From: Octopus sinensis
Taxonomy: Eukaryota
DNA length: 64,000 bases
NCBI RefSeq assembly: GCF_006345805.1
Contig: NC_043014.1
Span: 48,608,001 to 48,672,000, forward strand
Direction of reading: 5' to 3'
Shown here: one piece after another, positions 52,143-64,000 of the stretch
Position numbering within the stretch: position 1 is the first letter of the stretch
How the letters are laid out: each line of letters begins with the position of its first letter
Translations under genes and position numbers: made by a program
The notes under the pieces: model-generated
What the model saw: the letters and a program-made list of their open reading frames with translations, nothing else
What the model was told of the DNA's origin: nothing
Database searches by the model: none

Positions 52143-53181
52143 TAAACTGGTTCACTTTTAGTAAGAATCCCTACAGTTGAAACAGTGGCAATATTTAATT
52201 GGTTTTTTTTTTTTTTTTGGTCAATAATTTAATGAAATAAGGAGCAGGCAAAATATATTGGGAGTGTCAGAATATACTAAAAACTTTTGACAACAGTGCT
52301 CCAGAAATGGCCACAATCCTAGGACTGGAGCCAGAAAGGAGATTGTGGAGGTGTTTGGTCAGATAACAATTGGTCTTTTCCCAGTCCCGTGACCTTAGGG
52401 AGGAAGAGATAGAGACTGTTTACACCAAGCTCTTAGTCCTAGGGTTGAGTGACTGTCTGCAGGTACAAATCAGTTTTTGCCAGCTGAATGGACCAGAACA
52501 ATATGAAATAAAGTGTCTTGGACTGATCTCAGAACCATGTGGTTGGGAAACAATCTACTTACCACACAGCTACACCTATGCTGATGTATATTTATAAAAT
52601 ACAATGCACCGTCAGGAATCGAACTCACAACCTCACTGAATTCCCTAACCACTAAACATGTTTGTTTGTTCCTTCTCAAGCCATGCCTGGCTCATAAGGG
52701 CCGGTTTCCTGGTTTCTTTGGCGTATAGGTTCCCCACCTGGACTGCATACCAGTCCATCGCAGGTGAGCTGCAAGATGCAGGAGGAAAGAGTGAGAGAAA
52801 GTTGTGTCGAAAGAGTCAGCAGACATTCGCCATTACCTTTTGCAGGAGCCGCATGGAGCTTAGGTGTCTCGCTCATAAACACACACATCACCTGGTCTGA
52901 GATTCGAACCCGCGATCCCTCGACCGCGAGTCTGCTGCTCTAACCACTAGGCCATGTGCCTCCACACTAAACCACATGCCTTCATGCCACTAACTTAGGG
53001 CTACACAAATCTGCACCACACTCCTAATGCCATAAACTTGACGTTGCATATATACCTGCACCACACCAGCAGTTGCACATATCTGCACTAGACTGACACT
53101 GCCTTCAAACCACAATTTACATGTCAAAAATAACAAAATAGAAAAACGGAGTAAGAATACTTTCAATTTTTCTTTTTTTTT

Positions 53182-53187
53182 TTTATT
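53182..53187 (-). terminator. Candidate poly(A) signal AATAAA for a ~1.7-kb TBC1D20 3'UTR
   Basis: TTTATT on + at the end of a largely unique AT-rich stretch downstream of the stop codon. Confidence 0.35.
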
Positions 53188-54843
53188 GAATAGACAAGAA
53201 TATTTATATTCTTTTGTATTCCTGGTCAAGAATATTTCTACATTCTTTGTAAATCTGGAGAAAAATAATTCTAGACTCTTCACTGAATGTTGTTATTATT
53301 ATCATCATCATTGTGATTATTACATTTGGTGTGACTAATACAAACATTCAGCATTGCTAACAGACCCATCCAGCTATATACAGAAACACATCCACATATT
53401 AAATTACATAGATGATGATGATGATGATGACGACGATGATGATGGTGATGATACAGTAATTGATGGCAATATTGATGATGATGTACATAGTTAAATGGAC
53501 AAAAATGAGATAAAAGGGGTCAGAGTTCAGACTGTTTAGATCTGAAACTCTTATTGGAAATGGAAGGGAGTTGTATGACAAAATCAACAAACAAAACAAA
53601 TAACAATAATAATAATAATAATAATAATAATAATTTACAATTAATTCTTTGACTCACAGTTTGAATTTCACTGAAAGACAGAGAACCCTGTGGAGGGCAA
53701 TGTTGACTACCAGTATATAAGGAAGATAGAAGACGATGGCTGTGTGTATATACTCTGGCTAGCTGCAAACTGGGTAATTAATGGAGCTAGTTTGTTTTGC
53801 TTTTTTTTTTTTTAATTAAAAGGGTTTTAGAAAGTGTTGACATGGTAGATCTGATCTACAAACCATTGTTCATCAGGCGAATCACCGTCACAGTACCTAG
53901 TCACAACAAAAGCAAACAATTCTTCAGATACAAAAAATATATATAAAGAAATAAATAAATAAAGCTAGTAAAAAAGATTTTCAAAAATCAGCAAAAGGAA
54001 AAAAAAAAAAAAAAATTCTCTCAGTCAGAAATCAATAAATGAGCAAAGAAAAAAAAATGAAAAAAATTGATAAAACAACAAAATAATCTGTTTTATATAA
54101 ATAATAATGGTTTCAAATTTTGGCACAAGGCCAGCAATTTCGGGGGGAGGGGGGTAAGTTGATTACATCGACCCCCAGTACTTAACTGGTACTCATTTTA
54201 TCGACCCCCGAAAGGATGAAAGGTAAAGTCAACCTCAATGGAATTTGAACACAGAACGTAAAGACAAACGAAATGTCGCTAAGTATTTGGCCCAGCGTGC
54301 TAACCGTTCTGCCAGCTTGCCGCCTTAGTAATGATAATAAAGATAATAATAATTCGACAGATATAAGGCCAGGGTGAGTGAGTGGAAGAGAAGAACAGTC
54401 AGTTACATTGACACAGCGCATGACTGGTATGTATGAAAATTAAGGTCAGTTTTAATGAGATTTGAACCCAGAATGTTAGTGGGACATAACTAAATACCTC
54501 AACATATTTAGCCTGTCATCCACCAATTAATAATAATAATAATAATAATAACAATAATAAAGACTTTGCAGCAATGTTGCCAGATTATTGTTCACAACCT
54601 TGTTACAGGTTTCTCAGCCTGTTTTTTTGTTTTTTTTGTCAAAGAACAGTTGATTAGTTCCGATATCGATTCCTTCTGTGAGCTAGATATGTTGAAAAAT
54701 ATTGTTGGAGTTATGGTAGTAAGCAGGCCCCTCCTGAATCCAGTTGGTTCAATGTCCCATAACAGTAAGATGGAGAAAGTAGACAGGTGAGTACAGGTGA
54801 GTGGAATAGAGCTGCAAATTTAGATGCGATGAACTGTGACAAA

Positions 54844-54955
54844 CTAAGGCCTCCACAGTATGTAACCAGCCAGAACAGCAAAAAACGCAACAATAATAAC
54901 CTTCACAATTAACTTTCTGCTCAGACGTTTCCTCTGCTTCCAACGCCGTTCATTT
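54844..54955 (-). CDS. TBC1D20: TBC1D20-like last coding exon: (I)NERRWKQRKRLSRKLIVKVIIVAFFAVLAGYILWRP* (C-terminal membrane anchor)
   Basis: Long polypyrimidine tract plus ttcag acceptor. Phase 2 matches the upstream exon. A basic patch then a hydrophobic TM segment, as expected for tail-anchored TBC1D20. TAG at 54846-54844. Confidence 0.82.
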
Positions 54956-57900
54956 CTGAATTCAAAATTGAAAAAAAAAAAAAAGAAAAAGAAAGAAAGA
55001 AATCAATTATCAGAATTTCAGATTTAGATTTGAAAACAGAAAATAATATTTTTGTACGTTTATATATTTGTTTTGCAAGATTTTTGATGTGAAATTGTGT
55101 GTTGAAACAGATTTTTAGGAATGGTCATTTTGCCAGTTTAGCCAATAAAAACACACGCACTATATATTATTTATTATTATTATACATACATAATAATAAT
55201 AAGTAGGTGTAAACACATGAACAAAATAAAAATAAACAAAAACAAATTACACGAATGTGTAACTAAACAGACACACATAGAGATATACGCATGCGCAAAT
55301 GAAGACACACACAATAGGAATACAAACTGATGCGGTCACAGGAGTGTGACGAAAGAACTCTGGCCGAAATAAGATTAAGATTAATGTAAAAAATAAATAA
55401 CACCGAAGCAAAGTAACAGCAAATATATAGTGCGTGTGTTTTTATTGGCTAAACTGGCAAAATGACCATTCCTAAATACAACAATATTTTTGTAACTGAG
55501 ACATAAAAGTTATTTGAGAAATGAAAACAAGAATTTGTGGTGCTCATGCATTTCCTAGCAGCAAACACCTCTTTCATTACTGTATCTCCATTGAAATGTA
55601 TGGCCCTTCTTTCAATTAATTTTTGGAAATTAGGAAGAATTTAATGAAATATCTACATAATTATTATACTCTCTTTTACTTGTTTCAGTCATTTGACTGT
55701 GGCCATGCTAGAGCACCACCTTTAGTCGAGCAAATCGACCCCAGGACTTATTCTTTGTAAGCCTAGTACTTAATCTATCGGTCTCTTTCGCCGAACCACT
55801 AAGTTATGGGGACCTAAACACACTAGCATCGGTTGTCAAGTGATGTTGGGGGTCAAACACAGACACACAAACATATACGGGCTTCTTTCAGTTTCCGTCT
55901 ACCAAATCCACTCACAAGGCTTTGGTCGGCCCGAGGCTACAGTCGAATACACTTGCCCAAGGTGCCACGCAGTGGGACTGAATCCAGAACCATGTGGTTT
56001 GTAAGCAAGCTACTTACCACACAGCCACTCCTGTGTCTATGGTTCATAATAATACACACAAGAACACATCTGAATGGTGGATGGGCTGGTAAAGGAGGAG
56101 GAGGAAACTTTTGATTTAAGAATTGCCATCCATAAATTTTTAATAAATCTCACACACACAGGAATGTGTGCGAGATCTATTCCACATTGTGTAACATGCC
56201 CAAGCTTGCCTTCATTGGATTAAAAGAACCTGACAGGCAGCTGTTAAATTAGCAGTTTCCCTATTAGATTTAGAATTAAGGCCATAAAAATATTTTTTCG
56301 AAAACAACAAAACCACAAAAAACCCCAACTTATTATCCATCTTTATTACTATTTATCACTCACTCTGACCATCACTCCTCTCTATTGCTATTCATCAACC
56401 CTTCACTCTTTCTCTCTCTCCATCTCCTTTCACCCTCTTCCCAGCCTAACATGTCAGTCTCTCCACCATTATTCATGCCCTGACCACCCTCTCAATCCCT
56501 TTCTCTTCTCCCCTTCTTGATCACAACCTTCTATTTACCCTCTCAATTACATTTACCTATTTCTTTACTACCCACAAGGGGCTAAACACAGAGAGGACAA
56601 ACGGATTAAGTCGATTACATCGACCCCAGTGCGTAACTGATACTTATTTAATCAACCCTGGCGGAATTTGAACTCAGAACATAGCGGCAGACGAAATACC
56701 GCTAAGCATTTCGCCTGGATTGCTAACGTTTCTGCCAGCTTGCTGCCTTAATTTCTGTTAGATTTCATCAATAGCCAGGTTTAGTACCACCACATGGCCC
56801 TTGGGTACCTTTAGTAGAGTAAGCTCTCTTGCAAGCATTTGGACTAGGTCTCCAGTTTCAGGATAACCCATCATTTGTGATTTATTCCATTTTTTTCTTC
56901 CTTGACCCCATCAGTTCCAAATGCTTTGCAATAAAACTCTAGGTGCTGCCCTTCCACCAACTCTGACAATAAGCCAGAGAGAGAAACAGAAAAACTAGGA
57001 TATTCTATTTAAGAATTGTGACCTCAGTAACCCTGTTACAAAAAATGAAAGGTCAACAAAACAGAATGCTGGTTCTGTTTCTCTATATAATGGAGCACAA
57101 ACAGTGATTGACAGATATATATATATATGTCAATCTTTTCGACTATAGGCACAAGGCCTGAAATTTGGGGGGAGATGGCTAATTGATTATACACTGACCC
57201 CAGTGCTCAACCGGTACTTATTTCATCACCACCAAACAGCACTGGATTAACCCATTAAGTAAAACAAGTATGTGCTTAGGGCATCAAGGGAAGGACGTGG
57301 CACCACAGAAATGGTAAATGGTCTACAGCACAAAAGAAATCACTTTAAATTTGCTAAACATAATATTTGTAATATTCATAAGTATAGAAGCAGAAGTTTA
57401 ATGTAAAATTAATTTTAATGATATCAGCAAACACTTTGCAATTAACAAAAAAAAAAAAAGAAAAGAGAAAAATTTTCAAATATAAATAAAGTGGAAATAT
57501 ACAAAAATAAACATTTTCCATCTTACTGTGAATTTTGTTTCATTTTGAAAAATAAAAATTTATTTTATGATGTATCATTTACATGATGGTGGTGCCCCAG
57601 CATGGCCGCGGCCTTCGGGCTAAAACATTTTAAAGGATTTAAGGATTTTGAATTAATTTTGTTTCGATTTTGAACCATTTACATCTACTTGAGGGCACCA
57701 AAGCCTTTTAAGTGCTAAGGGCCTCTTAGTGTCTTAAACTGGCCCTGCCCCCAAGAGATTGAAAGGCAAAGTGAACCTTGGTGGAATTTGAACTCAGAAC
57801 ATTAAGACAAAATGCTGCTAAGCTGTGTATGTGGTTCCAGACCATTAGAAATAACACCAGTAACCATGTCAGTCAATGCAACTAGAGTACTATGACAAAC

Positions 57901-59411
57901 ACTCAATTGCTCTTTTACTTGTATCAGTCATTTAACTGCGGCCATGTTGGAGCACCACCTTTAGTTGAGCAAATCGACCCCAGGACTTATTCTTTGGAAG
58001 CCAAGTACTTACTCTATCAGTCTCTTTTGCCGAAATGCTAAGTTACAGGGATGTAAACACACCAGCATCGGTTGTCAAGCGATGTTGGGGTGACAAATAG
58101 ATACACAAACGTGTACATATACTTGGAGTGGTTAGCATTAGGAAGGGCATCAGCTGTAGAAACTCTGCCAGATCAAGATTGGAGTCTGGCGCAGCCATCT
58201 GGTTCGCCAGTCCTCAGTCAAATCGTCCAACCCATGCCAGCATGGAAAGCAGACGTTAAATGATGATGGTGATGATGATGTGCATCTTTTTTCCTATCTT
58301 TCAGTCATGCTAAGGTGCTACGTTGAATTTTTAGTTGAATGAATCAACCCCAGTATTTTATATATATGCGTGTGTATGTGTCTTATATAAAACCCAGAAT
58401 AAAAGATATCAAAGAACAAGTTCAACCCACTTCCATCTCCTCTAACAACTCAATAATCCTATTGAATTCTATAAAAGTGGGGAGGAGAGAATATCAGCCC
58501 AAATAGAAGGGTTGGTGTTTTGATGAAAACTATAAATAGGAACCATAAAGAGGTGAACCTCATTACTGTAAATATTAATAGCTATACCGTTTTCTAACAA
58601 AGGCAGAAGGTTGGAAATCTGCGAGAGTGGAGTTACTCAGAACTTTGCAGATATTTTAATTTGTATTTGACCCTGGAGGGATAAAAAAGGTAAAACTGAT
58701 GTCAGTGGGATTTGAACTTAGAATGTAAAGAACCAGATCAAATACCACAAGGCACCTTATCTGACACTTTAACCAATTAGCATTTAAACCAACCATATCC
58801 AGCTCAGATACCCTGTTTTATATCAAAACTGGCCAGGTACGGCTTCTTACACCTACCCTACAATGTAATTCTAAAAATAAACTGCTACATCATCAAATTC
58901 TCAAAGCTACAAGACAACTTAATTCAAAATAATGTAGATAAATAAGCAGGGTAATCTGAATGCTGAAGGATTAGTTAATCTGCCAATCTAGAACCCTTAG
59001 ATCGATATTTTATCAAGTTTTATGACTGACCTCAAATCCTTACCCTACAGCTTTTTGATGTCCATTCTATACAGTCAATGTCCATTCTATGCAGTCAACA
59101 GTCAATATGTTATGCAACTTATCACGTTCATAATATATTGCAAATGTTCAACTGTTTGGCTTTAGATCACAAAATTACAAGTCGTTAGTACAAACCAAAT
59201 TTACTTTTATAATTTCATACTTTTCTGTCGTTCTTCTGCACCTTCCAAGCCTGACTACTGATATAAAATCTTTCAAAAAAATTTGTAACAAAAAAAATGA
59301 AAGGTCAACAAAACAGAATGCTGGTTCTGTTTCTCTGTATAACGGAGCACAAACGATGAAGACTAAGTCTAAGTGATTTAGCAGAAACAAATGAATTTAA
59401 AACGAACGTAC

Positions 59412-59611
59412 ATATCTGTTGGTTTAGGTGTGGCAGGAGGTACAAAATTATCCTTTATTAATTCAGAAGGAGGGTATAACAGATGTATATCACAAGCTGT
59501 GATGATGAGCTCTTCAAAAGGAAGATCCTTTGGCAAGTGCGATAATGTATGGTGAACTGATGCCATTTCACAAGGACATGACAGAATTTCCTTTTCTCTG
59601 TACAGAACAAT
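59412..59611 (-). CDS. TBC1D20: TBC1 domain family member 20-like Rab GAP, penultimate coding exon: IVLYREKEILSCPCEMASVHHTLSHLPKDLPFEELIITACDIHLLYPPSEL...PKPTD
   Basis: Strong resemblance to the TBC1D20 segment IVLYREQEVLDCDCDMASVHHLLSQIPQDLPYETLI...FPPSEL. Acceptor ttgttccag|, donor AT|gtacgt (phase 2). Confidence 0.9.
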
Positions 59612-60838
59612 CTGGAACAAAACAAAAAAAAACAAAAAAAAAAAAATTGTTTTTTTTTTTTTTTATTTATTTAGCATACAATACTTAAAGAGACCGAAGT
59701 GACATTCATTTCCTCTCAGACGTGATTTACCATTCCATTCTAATGAATATCATTTTTTTTTTATTATGAGAATTTCTTTTTTGAATACAAATTCACAAAG
59801 ATTCAAACAGTTGCTTAAAAAAAAAAAAAGGCTGAAAAATACATAAATACAAAAAAAGTGTTGAGTAATGAACCCCTTGATATTTGTTCTGTACCAAGTT
59901 ACAGATACACCCTTATCACTGAAGTTGTCAAAGATGCAGTGAAATAACGACTGGGCCTTTTGGAAACCTACAACCAATAGTACTATTGTACACAAATTGC
60001 AATCTAAAATAAATTAGTCTCACTGCATGGCACACTAATGCCTTATCAGTAGTTCCATTGAGGAAACTGTGTGGAAGCCTGATGTGTATTTGTGAATGTT
60101 CATCTTTTACCACACGTCAATTAGTGCCGATTTGTTTGCGTTAACTTAGCAGTTTAGCAAAAAGAGATTGATAACCATAAGAATCAGATAGAAAAATAAG
60201 TACTGGAGTCAAGGCAATGCCCCAGCATGGCAATCACACCAAAGCAGACACTGGAGCATGATGCAGTCGTCTGACTCACCGGATCCTGTTGAATCATCCA
60301 ACCTATGTCAGCTTGGAAGATGGACATTAACGGATGAGGATGTAGTAGATGTAAAAAAACAATTCTTGACCAGCAGCCTTTCAAGAACTTCAAATATTCC
60401 AATGCATCTTGGAGTATTTCATTATCTCTTATTATAAAAGGCAGATTTTATCTGCCTCCCTTTGGGAGTTATACAAATCTACAATATAGGATTTCTTCAA
60501 TTACAATTTACCTTGCATTTTTAAGAGTACAATGCATCGCGTCATGCCAGGTCCAGTTTTTAAAATTTAAACTCCAATTAAGCAAAATTTACAGAAAACT
60601 CACATTCTGGTGTGTGTGTCAAATGCTTTTCTTAGTCTGGTTTACAGCACACGCAAACGCACACACAAAGTGGGCAACAAATAAAATGAAAGTAATTGAC
60701 TTACTGTAGTGAGTGATTCTTTCACTCTGCCTCCCACTTCCTCTTTCAACACATAGACACGCAAATATATAAATAAAATTGTAAGCTAACGTGCGTGTGT
60801 GTGGGTGTGCGCGTGTGTGTGTGTGTGTGTGAGGGTGC

Positions 60839-60873
<35 letters not shown>

Positions 60874-60929
60874 AGTGTGTGACAGGAAAGTTTTTTACAA
60901 CGAATATAACACCTATATCCAAGTAGCAG

Positions 60930-61412
60930 AAAGATAAGACAGTAAGGTGTGATTTGAGGGAGATTTGGCTGCTATTTCTACCATGTCTAGCTGCCATGTA
61001 GGGGTCTCCCTCATAGGCTCATACATACATATATACATAGATAAGACAGTAAGGTGTGATTTGGGGGAAATTTGGCTGCTATTTTTACCAGGTCTAGCTG
61101 CCATGTAGGGGTCTCCCTCATAGGCTCATACATACATATATACATAGATAAGACAGTAAGGTGTGATTTGGGGGAAATTTGGCTGCTATTTCTACCAGGT
61201 CTAGCTGCCATGTAGGGGTCTCCCTCATAGGCTCATACATACATATATACATAGATAAGACAGTAAGGTGTGATTTGGGGGAAATTTGGCTGCTATTTCT
61301 ACCAGGTCTAGCTACCATGTAGAGGTCCCCCTCATTGGCTCATATATATATACATACATAAGACAGTAAGGTGTGATTTGAGGGAGATTTGGCTGCTGTT
61401 TCTACCAGGTCT
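60930..61412. repeat. Tandem repeat, 107-bp unit, ~4.5 copies
   Basis: Unit AGATAAGACAGTAAGGTGTGATTTGGGGGAAATTTGGCTGCTATTTCTACCAGG... repeated almost identically. Confidence 0.95.
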
Positions 61413-61721
61413 GTTAGGCCTTCTCATGTAAACTCAAGCTTTCTCATGCCTTGAACATAAGACCAAAGCAGAGAATGTATTCTTTTATTCTTCTGCTTTT
61501 TCCAGCCATTGGTCTGTGGCCATGCTGGGGCAATGCCTTGAAGAATTGTAGTTTAATGAATCAACTCCAGTTTTATTTTTGTAAGCATTGTACTTATTCT
61601 ATCTGTTTCCTTTGTCAAACCACTAGGTGACAGGGATGTAAACAAACCAACATTTGTTGTCAAGCAGTGGTGGAGGACAATCACAAGCACAGACACGCAC
61701 ACACACATACATGCATACACA

Positions 61722-61980
61722 TTGCAGCCTGGAAGGTGTTTGTAAGCCATTTAAGAAACACACAAAAACCGTTACATTCACTTCAACATTTAAATTTAAT
61801 TTGCCAAAATATTTTCGTCGCTTTGAGACCGCGACCTGTTCACTGACAAAAATATCGTGCTAACAGGTCGCGGTCTCAAAGCAACGAAAATATTTTGACA
61901 AATTAAATTTAAATGTTGAAGTGAATCTAACGGTTTTTGTGTGTTTCTTAAATGGCTTATAAACACCTTCAACGCTGCAA
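61722..61980. repeat. Near-perfect palindrome (~119-bp arms, 21-nt loop), Penelope-like fragment containing a hammerhead-like fold
   Basis: 61722-61840 is the reverse complement of 61862-61980 with few mismatches. Confidence 0.85.
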
Positions 61981-62124
61981 CTGTTTTCGTTCCAGCACAC
62001 GATCTCAGATCAAGTCACTTGCTATGCAAGTACATCTCTGTAACTATATATATATGTATATTGGTAAAAACAGTAAGATAACAAAAGAAAGAAAGAGACC
62101 TCAATATTATGTAAATAGAGGAAA

Positions 62125-62519
62125 TCTTTATATATAAAAGTGAGGTTGTGTGTCTGTCTCCTACGATTTAGATTCCTAACTACTCCCACATTTTGCGGTG
62201 CAGTTTAACCAAAACCGGGTATCTTATAGTCGTGATTCATATCGAGACCGTCTGGGTATTAGCGCGCGTCTACGATGAGTCTACGATTTAAAAAAAAATT
62301 TACCATCAATTTTTCCCATTTTTAATCCATTTTTGACATATATAAGGGAAGTAACTCTCTAAAATTTATTATTAAATCTCAGAACGTAAAAAGCTACAGT
62401 AACACCCCTCCCCCTTTGTGGTTAGCCATATTGAGATGGCTATTATACTTTACATCTCTAAAAATGCTTATATAATTATTTCCCTTACAAACCCAAGTAA
62501 CACCGGGCGATACTGCTAG
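62125..62519 (+). mobile_element. Non-autonomous Helitron-like element
   Basis: A|TCTTTATATATAAAAG start, subterminal hairpin, CTAG|T end, no TSD. Confidence 0.8.
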
Positions 62520-63744
62520 TTTCTTTATAGTTCCAATTAATCAAGGGCCAGTGAATAAGGGAGCTGTTCTGGGTTCTGAGAATGGGAGCCCAAGATTTGA
62601 TGGCACTTTACCTCACAATATTGTTTCTTATTTTCTTTATTGCTCACAAGGGGCTAAACAAAGAGGGGACAAACAAGGACAAAGGGATTAAGTTGATTAC
62701 ATCAACCCCCAGTGCGTAACTGGTACTTCATCGACCCTGCAAGAATGAAAGGCAAAGTTGACCCCGGCGGAATTTGAATTCAGAACGTGGCAGCAGACAA
62801 AATACCTATTTCTTTACTACCCACAAGGGGCTAAACACAGAGGGGACAAACAGGGACAGACAAAGGGATTAAGTCGATTATATCGACCCCAGCGCTTTAC
62901 TGGTATTTATTTTACTGAACTCAAAAGGATGAAAAGCAAAGATGACTTCAGTGAGATTTGAGCTTAGAACATAAAGCTAAAAGAAAGATTGATGGACTGA
63001 AATTAGTTAATTCCATGAACAGAAATCCTTAATTTTTCCTCTGCTAACCTTCTTTGAATTTCTTTTCTTGTCTTAAAAGTTCTTCAGCTTCCCCAGGCTT
63101 GACATTATTCGGCACAAAATTTGATAAATCCATGAGCTAAAGAGGATAATCCATTTTTCGCAATTGTTCATTCCTTCTTTTGATATCCTAATAAACAACT
63201 ATGAATACAACACCTTCAACTAGAAAACTGATGTCTGACATTTTACACATGACCTCTTACATGGTGTGCAATCTTTTACACAGCATATGACCTTACATGG
63301 TGTTCAACCAGTTAGGGGAAAAGTTTAGGACAAGTGACTTTCCAAAGACAGGTACGGACCATATGGTTAGGAAGTTTACTTCACAAGTTTGGTCCCACTT
63401 CACAGCACCTTGGCAAAATGTTTTCTCGTTTTTGCCTTGGGCAGACCAATGCCATGCGAAGGGATTTCAATGACAGAAAGCTTCTTGTGTCTGTGTGTCC
63501 CCGTTTATATATATATGTCAAAAGTATGTGTGTGAGCATGTGCATTATGTTTATATTGCATGCTTGTTATTGCTTTGAACAAAGCAGTGATGATGTTGAC
63601 ATTACGACTGGTCACTCTGCACTTTTGAAAACCTGTGGAATAAAGAAATCCCTTACTTGAAAACAGGTAAGGGTTGGCAACAGGAAGAGCACAAGGGTAG
63701 TAAAATGAAACTGGTGGTGGACCACATTATGTGTAACTGTTATT

Positions 63745-63955
63745 GACCAACACCTTAGTCACCGGCACCCTACTGCCCAAAATCCTAATCCCCCGCCCCC
63801 TTCTGTCTGACACCCTAGTCAACCACATCCCCCCACAGTCCAACACCCTACTGTTCAACACCTTAATCACCAGCACCCCATTGTCCAATACCCGAACAAC
63901 TAGTACCCTACTGTCAGACACCCTAGTCACCAGTACCCATCTGTCCAACACCCTA
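63745..63955. repeat. Degenerate C-rich minisatellite (~15/30-bp period, CAACACCCTAGTCAC-like)
   Basis: Recurrent ACACCCTA/CACCAGCACCC units. Confidence 0.7.
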
Positions 63956-64000
63956 GATTTTTTAAACACTCTGGTCACAAGCAAGCTATGGTTTGAGATG

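Noticed and set aside
59870-59970. Possible extra TBC1D20 exon after a tgtag acceptor
   Set aside because: No frame resembles the expected upstream TBC1D20 sequence and there is no good donor; upstream exons probably lie beyond the window.
63020-63190. Purine-rich coding-like stretch on the minus strand
   Set aside because: Stops in all frames and no recognisable motif; possibly a decayed TE.

Overview
Repeat-dense, AT-rich eukaryotic genomic DNA; the SINE families and (TA/CA)n microsatellite load suggest an octopus (cephalopod) genome, which is an inference. Nearly all ORFs in the supplied track are artefacts of microsatellites or SINEs. Three spliced protein-coding genes are supported. (1) An unidentified minus-strand gene with coding exons 14283-14180 and 825-694, continuing off the left edge. 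(2) A complete 3-exon HSBP1 on + (28487-28606, 41243-41309, 47706-47791; 90 aa), whose 6.4-kb second intron is a textbook minor-spliceosome (U12-type) AT-AC intron. (3) The last two coding exons of a minus-strand TBC1D20-like Rab-GAP (59611-59412, 54955-54844), convergent with HSBP1. The rest is tRNA-derived SINEs, RTE/CR1 LINE relics, mariner, hAT-, piggyBac-like and Helitron-like non-autonomous elements, and satellites. The most interesting non-coding signals are a canonical-core minimal type I hammerhead ribozyme (32669-32761, minus), several degenerate or variant hammerhead folds inside palindromic Penelope-like fragments, a 2.3-kb foldback structure with satellite-built arms, and a templated inverted insertion inside a mariner MITE.
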